A stretch of DNA of 63,676 bases, counting the filler, from Phoronis australis (lineage: Eukaryota; Animalia; Phoronida): assembly GCA_002633005.1 (NCBI GenBank). It is 5 parts of 5 records of this genome, joined end to end, with 100 filler letters (N's around TTAATTAATTAA, not from the genome) between each part and the next. Parts side by side here need not be neighbours in the genome. Positions count along the whole stretch, not along the records: positions 17,996 to 45,634 come from NMRA01001312.1; positions 45,735 to 57,768 come from NMRA01000316.1; 3 more parts are not named here. One strand, written 5' to 3'. Under the pieces are notes generated by a model, which was not told the DNA's origin, searched no databases, and was given only the letters and a program-made list of their open reading frames with translations. Position numbers and translations under genes: made by a program. This document shows, one piece after another, positions 37,907 through 50,290 of this stretch; position 1 is the stretch's first letter; each line of letters opens with the position of its first letter.

Positions 37907-40900
37907 TATCTTCGCGCGCTGGTCGACATCGTAAGTAAAATAGAGGTAGATCCTATCGGATCTGCTTCAATAATGCTGTACCCTAATCCGTCATTACTAT
38001 TACTGTGTGACGAACCTGCTGTTTGGTTTACGACGAAAGCATTACAGGCCACGCTACGAAATTAATGCGGTCCACGCATCGTCTGTGACTACAGTTGGTA
38101 ACGGAAATAGAATCCAGTCACGGTAAGGAATATTACGACACCACTTTATGAGAGTAAATGGCCTAATTCAATTTTTGTTTTAGCCAGGTTCAGGCGAAAT
38201 GCAGCTCTAACCAACCAGGACGCATGGTTCAGGTAAAAATTGCAAGATTACTCAAAAGTGGTATGCAAATGGTCAATTAGATATAGATAAAAAGAAAAGT
38301 TGCCCTTTGTGTAGAAGTTTCTTTGTCAGTTTGGCATATACCGTGATTTCCTGTAGATAAGCCCACCCGATGAAACGCCCATTGGCGTTTATTCGAAAAA
38401 TTTTGACACATAAACGCCCGTGGGCATTCAGTTGGTGTTATAATTTCTAGTGCCAAGTGTTCAGATAGTGAGGGCGTTTATTTGGAAAATTTCCTCTTAA
38501 ATGCCCACTCAGCGTCAACTTTTTGTCACAAATTCAATTTTGCGAAGCATTTATCATTGATAATAACGAACACGATGTTGGCGAACTATGCATTTATTAA
38601 CATAAAACACAGTTTTAAGTGAACAAAAATATGAAAGTCATCAAAAATATGACTTGCCGTTTACATGCTCTCCTTCGTTAATTTTGGTGTTGCAAAACGC
38701 CTAAATTTTTTCATTACTCAAATACACACCCATGAGCTTATCTACGGAAAATGCCAGTATGAAATTTACTCATTATAAAGTGTATTTTGGGCCTTTCGAG
38801 TCGACTTCTATCAAAAAAGTAATAAATAGTCTAAACCAGAAGTATAAAACTTAGACAGTCGCACCTGCAGTGTGCTTGATCTGTACCTACTGGTTATATT
38901 ACTTTGGTTATTACTGCAAATACAATGCAAAATAATAATAGATAAGCCCAGAAAGCACTGGAAACCGTTATATAAAGGCGCAACTTTTTCTGGCAAATCA
39001 GCGCCCAAGTCAAACGGTAAATGGTTACGTACCGAGGATGAGGTTATCAGAACGAGGCGAGAGAACTTGCCATGAAATGTTGAAGCTGTTCAGTCAAACG
39101 ACGACAACCTTAACAGCATGCTGCAATTCACGGTACGCGAGGGCAAAACTGTCGTACATCCTGTCGATGTAAGTTGGGTAGGGGGCTATCTAATGCTGTG
39201 AAACTAACCTGAAGACCACCACGTGATCGCCTTGCATGTCAACTCAGCCGAGTAGCAGACGAATAACGAGCCAATGAGCACTAGTAGACCTTTGTTGTGG
39301 ACAGGCTTCCAAGAAAATCCCTAAAAAGTTTGAAGAATGTCATTCTCAGTGAATCGCAATACAAAAAACTCTCCATGTACGAGTATATCGACATTATTCT
39401 CCATTCAGCTAACTGGCTGGCTAGCTTTTATCCTTTTTGCGATAACGTTGGTTGCAATAATTCGCCTGCTGATTACCCTAACGACCACAATGACTCGGTA
39501 ACTGCACCAAACCCGCCGTGACAAGCAACTAAATGGCGTGGTCTGAAGGAACAACATTCTACTGGTTGAGTCTTCTTCAGCAGAGAAATCATTTACTATC
39601 CGAGAAAGGTTCATGACATTGAGTTTAGAAGTCACAGGTGGCCTGAATAAAAAGGTTGCTTTCACAGGATATTTAGAATATTGCCGGGTTATTCTCTGAA
39701 AGACTCGTAATCAGGAGGTGCGTCTCTTTCATTATCGGGAAAAGTTTCGACAGGGAAAATAATCTTACTCCCTCATAGTTGTTAACACGGTCCTTGTCTT
39801 TGGAATTCCAAGCTGGTATAACCTCTAATGGGGCTATTCGGAAAATCTACAATAACTAGAGGGCGTGCGTGTACTAGTGGTGATAGATAAACAGCCTCGA
39901 TTTCGCGAGCCCTTTTTAAAAATACATGGTGAAATGGCTTGCAGCCGTGCCAACTGAATCTGAGATTGCGTAAAAAGAGTGCTTCTATATGAGAGGAAGT
40001 AAGCACGACCACATACAAAGGTAAGGTTTGTGATTATTTTAACGATTATTCCATGATTATTCTACCGATGCCTGTTAACTGAGGCACTCGCCGTGTCGAC
40101 TTCGCGGCAGTCAGTCGCCAGCCAGAGTCTGGTTAATCTTTGTATGTTGTGATATGTGATACGATACTTAACGTAGCAATCGGGATCTCTTCGTACATCA
40201 AAGCATTATTATTGTTTGGAATGATTTCTCAAAGTTTATCAGTGACAGTTACATCAATCAATGCTGAATGTTTATACTGTCAACTCGATACAGGTTAATG
40301 AGTTAAAATTACAATCCAATCCCAATGGCAAAGGGTACGTGAGTGATAACTATCCATTGCATTAGACTATTTGTTTACTCCCTATCATATGTCTTCTGGA
40401 AATCTATTACACGTTGAAATGGAAATCTATCACGTCAGTTTTCACGTAACCTTTGGTTTTTAGGTTTGAAGGCTTGTACCGTGCAGAGGAGATATGCATC
40501 GCTTCTGCACCGTCCTTGAATGGACAAAAATTGGTTTTCTGCATTTGACTGCAGCTAACCAACAAGATCTTCCCTACTTTCAATATTGGAGACAACGAAC
40601 AAAGCCTTTGAAAAGGAACAGCTTATTTTTAAAGTCATTTTGTTAAATTACTTATTCAGGTCCCGAGGGGGGATTGGCATGGGGGGGTTGTAATCTTTGG
40701 TACAACTGAAGGTGTGGAAATAACAGGTAATACATGTTTGGGGAAAAGAGCATGGTGAGGTAATTCTTAACCTTCACGAAGTCCCTTCAAGTTGATTTCA
40801 TGAAACTGTTTTGCTACTTGTATCAATTGTAAAACCACGAAAATATATTACATTTTCCGAATTCACAGTGACTGAATAGTCTTAACTCATGCCTTGAAAT

Positions 40901-42680
40901 GTTGCAAGTCGTTATAAATTCAAATGACTGCCATTTTTGTGAAAATTGCATTTTTGATGGTGCCTTACGATTTGTAATTACTCTTAAACAACAGAAAGAT
41001 TATNNNNNNNNNNNNNNNNNNNNNNNTAAACAGCATTTTAACGTATACGTAACGTCATACTTGGCAGTTTAGGCATCACCTTATATTTCGAGAGGATTTC
41101 GCGAAATAGTTCATTTTATCTTTGAATTTTTTGATACTTTGCGATTTGTTCGTTGCCTATTACAAACCTGCAAACATGTAGGTGTTACCAAATGAGTTCT
41201 TCTGTTGCAGCCGCCTAAGGAAAGGGGCCTCTTGCAAAAATGTGAAATTTACATGCATTACTGAGAAGTCTCCTGATTACAAATCAATGATTGAAATCTC
41301 ACTTTAATGATTTTTCCTGATTTCCCACGTTTTTTCGGAAGTTTGAGTTTCTCGATATTTAGCGTTTGAACGAGTCAATTTATAACCAACCCGACCCACA
41401 ACAAATTGCAACAAAAGGTTTTACAGTGGTTTTATGCTCTACTGCGTATACTTATTTTAATAAGTTAAAACAGGAAAAAAGTCTACCAAAATCTGACCAA
41501 CGTAAATGGGTTAAAACTGCGAGTCATTTCCAAGATGGCCGCCATGACAAGTTTTGTGGTGTCATACTTTCATGGGTTGAAAATTATTAATATTAAACTT
41601 AGACCCCACAAAAAACTACCAATGATAAACAACGCAGTTGTACATGTATCTCGCTGGTTCCCTGCGTGCCTCTAGGTAGTCAGAGCCAGCACGCGTGCTG
41701 GCTAGGCATGTAGGGTACCAGCGAGGTGCATGTACGTGTTAATAAAAGCCTTTTTGAATGTAACAATACGTTCCTTCGCAGCGCTTTGATGTGGTGAACT
41801 AAGGATATTTATGATACAGAATCTGACACTTATCANCAGGGATAACCTCGCCAGATTGTGGCGTAATGGCATTCGCTGCACTCCCTTCTGTACTTGTGGT
41901 ATATTCTAGAGATACTGTATTGTCACGTATTAGCTCCTGGACATTTTTTCACCTAGCGCTCATTCCAAACCTGCGTTTAGTGAAAACCTGGCATTACGTA
42001 TTCAATGAGGTCAATTTTACAGAGCCAGCGCTTACTGTAGTTGTTACCAAGTGGTAGGCTTGATAGGTTATAAACACTGTTTGTGTCACTTGACAACCAC
42101 ATCCAGATGAGTTCTGGACTTTCCTGCGTACAGTTTAAAAGGACCACAATGTCACTCATCATTTTACGCCTGCAGCGTTACCTGCTTTCATTGCAATTTT
42201 TCAAAACCAAAAATTGAAACAGAATCATGGAGTCGGTGTTCACCAGAGGTATGCACTGTGAACTGCTAGTAAATGGCCTAAAATTTGACTAATCAGAAGG
42301 TATACTCTGGGACAATTTTCTGCCCAAACAGCTGAGAGACCAGAAATCTAAACTGGACTGTATTGATAGTTGGTTGTTATTGACAGTAGCATTCTTAATA
42401 ATTGGTTTCTCAGTCGTTGTACTGCAGACACAACAAACATTTGAAACTAACTGAATTTCAGGCTACATTGATGTGCTTCTCTTCAGATTATCATGTGGTA
42501 AGATTTGAACCTAATTTAATGTTGAAATGGCATGTGGTTATTGCTGAACGTGTGATGGATATCATTCTAGGCTCACATCTTACAATGTTGAAATGGCATG
42601 TGGTTATTGCTGAATGTGTGATGGGTATCATTCTAGACTCACATCTTGCAATGTTGAATTGTCATGTGGTTATTGCTGAA

Positions 42681-44952
42681 GCAAAAGGTACCCGCTCATC
42701 CAAAACCTTTACGGCTAACAGATGGCACTTTCCATCAATCACGTGGTTTGTCGTTTTATCGCCAAAGGGTGGCACTACATATTTCCGGCTGTCGGCCAAG
42801 GGAATAACAATAACAAATTGTCAATGGGCGAGGGACGGACTTGGAGGTTAACATTTTAAGGTGCCGTAAACATTCGACGTCATCAAGTGCTTAGGACTGA
42901 ATGTGATTCACTTAACACAATTCTTACTCATTTAAAATCTCACTGCTCTAAGTTTAAAATCTCACAGTCTGAACTTTCCCTGCCTATTTTTCTTGCCTGT
43001 TGTGTTGCCAGTGCTGGGCTGAAGTTTGTCTTGGCCCGATGCCTGCCAAAACCAAAGTACCAATAAGCTTCAAATGTGAAACTAGAGAACACCCCCTCCT
43101 CCTTNGTGCTGGGCTGAAGTTTGTCTTGGCCCGATGTCTGCCAAAACCAAAGTACCAATAAGCTTCAAATGTGAAACTAGAGAACACCCCCTCCTCCTTC
43201 ATCCAGGCTTGGGACTGGCAAGGTGTTTTGATGCAAGCACCTTGGCGGAGTTAGGTGATTTTACCTTTTGTGAACCAGCTTCAATTTCCAATTATCTTCA
43301 ATTTCCCAAATATTTTCAATTTCCAAATAAATGCCACTTTTCATATTAACCATTGGTACTGCTTAATTTTATCAATTGGTGAGAACTGTTCATTGGGTGA
43401 ATCTCAATAGCACAACTATTTTTTTCTCAATTCACAGATTGTACCCAACAAAATCCTCTTTTTTGCAAAAATCTTGTGAATTACAGTTGAAGAAGGCTCA
43501 CTTTAAATAATAACAACGTTGTGCAAGAATCCAAAAAAATTTATTTCTTCAAAGTAATACAATTGCCATTAGCTCGCTATATACTTCTACTAAGACTAAC
43601 CAGCGTAAACACTCTGTATGTAAACATGAGCAAAAGTCACGGTGTAATGAATAGATCATCACTAAGGCATCAGAAGTGATTTCACAGTCAATACATATTA
43701 ATAAATTACACGTGTATATTAATGAATGCAACATGAATAAATAAATAAAGCAAAATATGTTGCCATGCCCACAAGACTCATGGTCCGTTTACTCTTGTAT
43801 TTCCGTGTCACATGTTAAACAAAACCAGTTTACGACGGGAGGTGGTGGATTGTCTTCCATCAAGTTAACACATTTGAAATGGAACCAGTCATCACATTTA
43901 TGACATTGGATTGATGGTGCGACACCATCATCTGGATCGGAACATTCCATGTTACAAACAGAACAGAAGAAATGTTGCAAACTGGTTTTAGGTTTGTTTC
44001 TTTGTTTTTGAAATCAACTTCGTCTTCTGCTTTGCAATGTTCGCTAAACCTGTTTTTTTTGATGCTGCCAGCTCATTCAGTTTGTTGAGTGGAAATTTAT
44101 TCATTTTTGAAAGGCAAGCATCCTTTTCTTTGAAAGCTGCAGTTGCAGCTGAATGTTCCTTAAGATGGCCGCGAAAAGCTTGAAGGTTGTTAAAAACTAC
44201 ACTTTCACCATTTTGTTGACAGTATCCACACCTCCTCTTCTTGTGCTTAAATTCAATGTGTCTTTCTAGTGATTTCTCATTTGTAAAATAAAATGGTTTG
44301 CTGACACCTTCTAAAATACAAGTGTTACAAACCTGCAACTCCTCGAGTATTTCATTGCTGAAGTTGGAAGCTATGTACTGTGAACACTGGTTTTCTTTTA
44401 TTGGCTTGAATTTATTCACAGGAACAGGGTCTTGTATGTAAGTAGACAAGTCTATTGCATTTTCCACCTCACCAGTTTTGGTTCGTATAGATCCTATTAT
44501 GTCCTTACCCAGTGCTTTCATTCCAGATTGTGCAACTTCAATAAAAATTTTTCTTGTAGCTTTTCTTTTTGTTTTCCTCCCACAAAATGTTTCTTTTGAC
44601 TTGTCAGGTCTTGGTAATATAGGTCTGTACGATATCAGTAAATAATGATATACAATAAACGTTTAATCTACAATCAAACACCTTAATACTACTACTAGAA
44701 TTTAAATCACACTTAAAATATTTATAAACAATGGTAGTCCTGAAAAGGACTGCTGAGTTAATCAGAATTACGATCGATGAATAATTCACGAAATCGCAAC
44801 ACGCCTCGTCTCAAATAGGACTGTCTGCTATCTGTCAGATTTCCTGCAAGAACGTCACATGACTGCAAGCAGCGCTACCTGTTAGTAAAGCGTCATTGCA
44901 TCCAGCGCCATCTGTTAGCCGTAAAAGTTTTGGATGAGCGGGTACCTTTTGC
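42681..44952. mobile_element. Non-autonomous TIR element with 9-bp TSD (Mutator/MULE- or Merlin-type)
   Basis: 46-bp TIRs GCAAAAGGTACCCGCTCATCCAAAAC(C/T)TTTACGGCTAACAGATGGC (42681-42726 / 44907-44952, one mismatch); TSD ATTGCTGAA at 42672-42680 and 44953-44961. Confidence 0.9.
43789..44521 (-). pseudogene. Two C2H2-like zinc fingers plus C-terminal PHD finger, split by one frameshift; cargo of the TIR element
   Basis: CNTC..HIEFKH and CGYC..HLKEH in 43988-44521; C4HC3 PHD (CSVC..IQCHKCDDWFHFKC..WFCLTC) in 43789-43980; the frames differ by 1 nt across an A-rich tract. Confidence 0.8.
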
Positions 44953-45566
44953 ATTGCTGAACGTATGATGGGTATCATTCTAGGCTCACATGTTACAATG
45001 TTCCTGGTTGTTTGAAACTAAAGCTAGCTTTAGGTCAAATCCACAAATTTGTTATCGTAGACCGTGCTTGAGGGGTGAATCTAGATGTTTATGTCCATTT
45101 ATTTCGCACACTCACGTAATTTTGCACACTAAAAGTTATTTGAAAAAACAATTTATTGCCCATCACTAATTTTGCAACTCTGTAGGCAATCAATGAACAA
45201 CTCATCAATATTGTAATTCAGAATCTTTAAATTTTGAAGCCGTTTTGCAATTTTGTTAGGATTGACCATCCTGAATAGCCATGTCACCCTCTCGGGATGG
45301 TGGAAATTCTTGAGCAAAACGCACTGCCTTTGTTTGGCAGACGACAAGCATATTTCACACCCATACACATGAAACTGATGAGAAGTTGCCTGAATGGATC
45401 AAGATGTTAATTTTCGCTTTCATTCTTCTGATTGACTGTGACTTACCTGTCAGAAACGTAACTTTGATTCAGATTTCTAATGTACCATATGAAGTTGGTA
45501 TCAGCTTGACTGTTTGTTACACAAATAACAAGCGATTTCTGGGATTGGAAAAAACTGGCAGTTGGT

Positions 45567-45634
45567 GCTTTAAGTCATGCCATTGCTTTAAGTCATGCCA
45601 TTGCTTTAAGTCATGCCATTGCTTTAAGTCATGC
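45567..45634. repeat. 18-bp tandem repeat running into a gap
   Basis: TGCTTTAAGTCATGCCAT, about 4 copies. Confidence 0.9.
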
Positions 45635-46413
45635 NNNNNNNNNNNNNNNNNNNNNNNNNNNNNNNNNNNNNNNNNNNNTTAATTAATTAANNNNNNNNNN
45701 NNNNNNNNNNNNNNNNNNNNNNNNNNNNNNNNNNTGACTATCGCTGTAACTGCTGATTCTCTTCACTGCAACTCAACTGTAATTTCCTGATTAACTTTCT
45801 TGAACTGACTTGATCTCCTGACATGATCTTCTTGGACTCAACTTGATCTAATCTGACTAACACAAACCCGTGCTTGTGTATTTATAGCCTAATGCATTGT
45901 TCTGGAACTTTTCATCAATTCAAGCACATACCAGAACTTTGTGGAACCTACCCTATCATTCTACAAACATGTACTAGTCTCTAGAATATTCCAGACTGCA
46001 TTAATCACTGTCATGCTAGAGTCTTCTAGAAAGTTCCACACTATACTGCAGTAAAAAAATTACATCATCACTGTTCTGACCTCAGTCTTCTAGAAAGTTC
46101 CACACTATACTGTAGTAAACAAATTACATCATCACTGTACTTAACTAAGGGGTCATGCCAATCAAACAGAATAACAAAACAAAACAAAACAATACAACTA
46201 AAAATACTGTCAGACCATAATCTGACAATGCCCAATTGTGACATTTTGCGTTATCATGCTTCAGCGGCGAAATTAGGGGTCACTGAGTGCACAAAATTTG
46301 GCATTTGGATTTTTGTTAGGATACCTACCCCTGTACTAAAAATGAAGTTGTTTTAAAATTTGACGTATAGTCTGATTTTTGAAATTCCACTGGTTTTTAT
46401 ATGGACTGCCTCT

Positions 46414-48495
46414 TAATATGTTAATACAAGTTGGACTTCAGGCTAACCAGGTATCGTATTTTGTGACTTTTTAGTTCATGTTCTATGACAAATTAATTAA
46501 TATTTTTATCAAATGATGAAACAGTTGGCAACGGCAATAAACTACAATTCCCATTATTTCTATGAACTTTTCATTGTTTAATTCGTTAATCAGATAAGAA
46601 AAGGCACAAATCTACATAATGGGCAGTTAGAATACAACTAGCTCTCTCCAGCCAGCATAGAACTTCTTATTAATGGTTCATGTACATATTTCATACTGTT
46701 TCAAATTCAAACCCTGATAGCAGCACTATTTTAACTCAACAATGAAACATAGGAAGCTCTACCTGCCACGTCGATGTACACAGCCCAATACCACCGCTGG
46801 GTGATTGTTTGGATGCAGATGTTTGGATGTCTAGTTCTTCCAAGTACTCCGCCAAGTTAATAGAGACCTGAAAACAATGTGATATTAGCAAACATAACAG
46901 TATGTGATAGCTTCTTAAGAATCGAGACATAACCCGTTTACAGGGAATGTTATCCATGTAATGATCAGGGGCGGTGGGGGGTCCAGGATTTTGAGTTGGG
47001 GGGTTAAGGTAGAGTGGGGTTTTGCCCATCAGACATTCAGTCCCTGCCCCCAAACTGCCAATTGATCTTTAAGCGTTTTAGGGGGCCGTGGCCATGGTCC
47101 CTTAGCTGTCCTCTGAATCCACCATGGAAGATACTGGCATGGTCTTCACGAGAAGTCTTACGTAACCATAATAGTTTACAGTGAAAATAAAATTATTATC
47201 TCATGCACTACAGCAAGCATACAAATACTATATCCTGTGCTCCTACCAATCATTTTACTGGCTGACATTTGCAAAGATATTAAATTGACAGACATGAGGA
47301 GATCATTCTAGTCAGTCCATATTCAACTCAACTCAACTCCTAGGCAAAGTTGTACCGAGATTAACAATCACTTTTACCATGACACTGAAATATTTGATTT
47401 CAGTAAAACCAGTCGAACTCGTATTAAGTGTGAAAATTTTAAGTCTGAGTATGCAAACTTTTGCGACATTTCTAGTATTTCACAACCCGATAAAAAATTC
47501 GAAAGCACATACTCAATCCCAAAGTCAAATCACACAGATTTTCCTTATTTGCAATGAATTATTTGGTGCAATTAGATAGGAATTATGCAAGTTTCACTGT
47601 GCTTAACAGTTGACTGGTGAGAGTTCACTTGGGTACATTGTGACCTATGCCGGGGGTTTTGGCAGTTGGGGGGGTCAGGTGGTGAATGTCTGAAAGGCAA
47701 AGCCCTACTCTGCCCTAACCCCCCCACTCTGATTCCTTGTTTCCGCCCGACCGCCACTGATTTTTACATGGATAACATTAACTGTAAATACAACGTGTAT
47801 CAGACCGCCTGCAATTATTTTTATTATACTGTTATGTTTCCTAATATCTCATTGTTTTCAGGTCTCTATTAACTTGGCGGAGTACTTGGAAAAACTAGAC
47901 ATCTAAACATTTGCATCGAAACAATCACCCAGGGGTAGTATTTGGCTGTTTACATCCACATGGCAGGTGGAGCTTCTTATGTTTCATTGTTTAGTTAAAA
48001 ATAGTGCTGCTATGAGGGTTGAATTTGAAACAATATGAAATATGACCTTGGTTTAGCCAATGGGCTTATAATCTTTAACAAGCTCACTGATTCATGTAGC
48101 CATTTGGTCAAGTCAATATAAAGCTTCTTGGTTTTGTTATAACTTTCGTAATGTACACGCGGAAGTATGTATACATGTGAGATTAAACTTTCAGATCTAT
48201 CCCTGGTTGTGCCAGCTAGATGTCAATGAAACATTAGTATGAAGTTCTATGCTGACTGGAGACAGCTAGTTAGAATACAACTAGCTCTGCTCAATTTGTA
48301 GAGTTGTGCATTTTCTTACCCGATTAACGAATTAAACAATAAAAAGTTCATCAAAAAATGGGAATTGTAGTGTATTGCAGTTTCCAACAGTTTCATCATT
48401 TGATAAAAATATTAATTAATTTGTCATAGAACTTGAACTAAAAAGTTACAGAATACGATAACTGGTTAGCCTGAAGTCCAACTTTTATTGACACA
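46414..48495. repeat. Long inverted duplication: arms ~46414-47060 and ~47660-48495 around a ~600-bp spacer
   Basis: AGTTGGACTTCAGGCTAACCAG and CAAGTACTCCGCCAAGTTAATAGAGACCTGAAAACAATG, among others, are mirrored in the right arm, which has an extra ~190 bp. Confidence 0.85.
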
Positions 48496-49162
48496 TTCAG
48501 TTTTGTCATATGCACGGTTTGTTCTAGATTGAGATAGCATGATAGTTGACCACAGCATGTTTTGTATTCAAGTTGTATAGAATAAAACTGTTTTGAATGT
48601 CGGGAATCCAGGATTAAAACTTCATTCAAAGCAGTATGTGGAAACGTGACTCACTGCAGTGCATGCTTGAAGTAAACGTGCAGACTAGTCTTGCACTTGA
48701 ATCCTGGAGAGTGGTTGATTAAATTTTGAGTTTGAAGACTATTTTCTAGGCTTTGTATATACGTCAGGAAGTTTTAAAAATCAGTGTTGTATAAACAGCA
48801 CGATAAATATCCAACAAGTTAAGTTGTCTTATACTGATAGCTTTTACCCATTTGTTATTAAAATTTTTTGTCTTTATTGCAGAGTGTGCCTTCAACAATC
48901 GTTGGATAAGGAAGGCTACCCAGACAACGCAACGTACGCACTTACGAACTGCAGCTCATGAACCTATGAATTCAGTTATCTGAGCTCAGAAATGCGCGTT
49001 TGTAGTCACAAAACATGGATTATTTGCCTGTGAAGCTAAGCGAGCAGATCCAGCTAAAAAAGATTAAGTGGCTTATGATCTACCATAGGGCCCCAGTGGC
49101 GGATCTANGATTTGGAGAAGGTGAGGTCAACCTTGTTTAAAATTCGTTCTCCATTCTTGTGA

Positions 49163-50071
49163 CTAATAGCTTAGTTTATTTAAGTCATGTTGAAGCTGCA
49201 AAGAACATTCAGGGCTGCTCCCTGCGAAGGGGTGAAAAAGCGCCGTGTCATCTGCATAAAGGTATGTGCTACATGACAGGTTATCAGGAAGGTCATTAAT
49301 ATAAACCAAGAAGAGAAGAGGACCCAATACGCAACCCTGCGGTACACCTGCGTTTACAAATCCAGGAGGGGATAAAATTGAAAGTACGCCGTCGACACGA
49401 ACACTGTATGTTCTTTCGGAGAGATATGAGGTGATCATGTTTAAAAGATTACCAGTAATGCCATAGGATCCTAGTTTGTGAAGTAGAAGGTCGTGAGGGA
49501 CACAGTCAAAAGCAGAAGCTATATCTAGAAAAATGGACCTGACACTCTCGCCCTTCTCAAAATGTAAATGAATCTCATGTACTATTTCAACAAGTTGTGT
49601 CACGGTGCTGTTCCCACGCAAAAAAACAAATTGACGATGATAGATCAAGTTGTTTTGTTTGAGAAATGTAAGAATACTTTGAGCAATGATCTTCTCGAAG
49701 ATTTTGGACAGGGTGTTAAGTAAAGTTATTGGGCTGTAATTTGAAATTTCAGTTTTGGAGCCTTTTTTGTGTATAGGGACCATAATTCCATGTTTCCAAG
49801 AAGACGGATAAATGCCTAGCTGAAGAAGTTTGTTAAACAGATTGGTCAGGGGCATGGTAATTTCGTTGGAAATCATTTTGATCATCTTGCTGGTTATTAA
49901 AGCTGTGCCATCATTCTTATTGGGGTCAATTTCATTGAGATACTTCCGGACATCAGTTTGATTAGCCGGGATGTCAGACAGTTGATTGAGACATCGTTCA
50001 CGTAGAAAGGGAAAGTTACTTACTTCAGTTGGTGTAATGTGGCTTTTGTTCGTGAAAAATTTGAGAAACAA
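49163..50071 (-). pseudogene. LINE ORF2 reverse transcriptase fragment
   Basis: RT motifs including PQG and YADD; ends at a stop near a repeat and single-N junction. Confidence 0.92.
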
Positions 50072-50290
50072 ATCACACTTGTCACTGCTACTTGAGGCTA
50101 GGTTACCATTATAGTTGATGACAGGATATGAGGATTGCTGTTGACTGCCGCGTATTTTATTTATTCCAGTATTCTTTGGAATTCTTGCTTGCGCTGTTAA
50201 TTTGTTGAAAAAGCTTGTGTCAGTGATCAGCTTTGGCTTGATTTACTAAAGTTTCAACCAGACATGTCTGCTCCTAGTATCTGTTGTAGA

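Larger units (their letters stand above)
42519..45000. repeat. 66-bp tandem repeat, 3 copies, the third split by the TIR element
   Basis: ATGTTGAAATGGCATGTGGTTATTGCTGAA..GTGATGG.TATCATTCTAG.CTCACATCTT.CA at 42519, 42585 and 42651, resuming at 44962. Confidence 0.85.

Noticed and set aside
43011-43199. ~94-bp perfect tandem duplication
   Set aside because: Copies abut a single N at 43105; most likely a contig-overlap artefact.
49163-50071. RT acting as a diversity-generating retroelement on the TPR array
   Set aside because: The RT is a standard degenerate LINE RT with APE and ORF1; no template repeat or adenine-specific variation pattern was seen.
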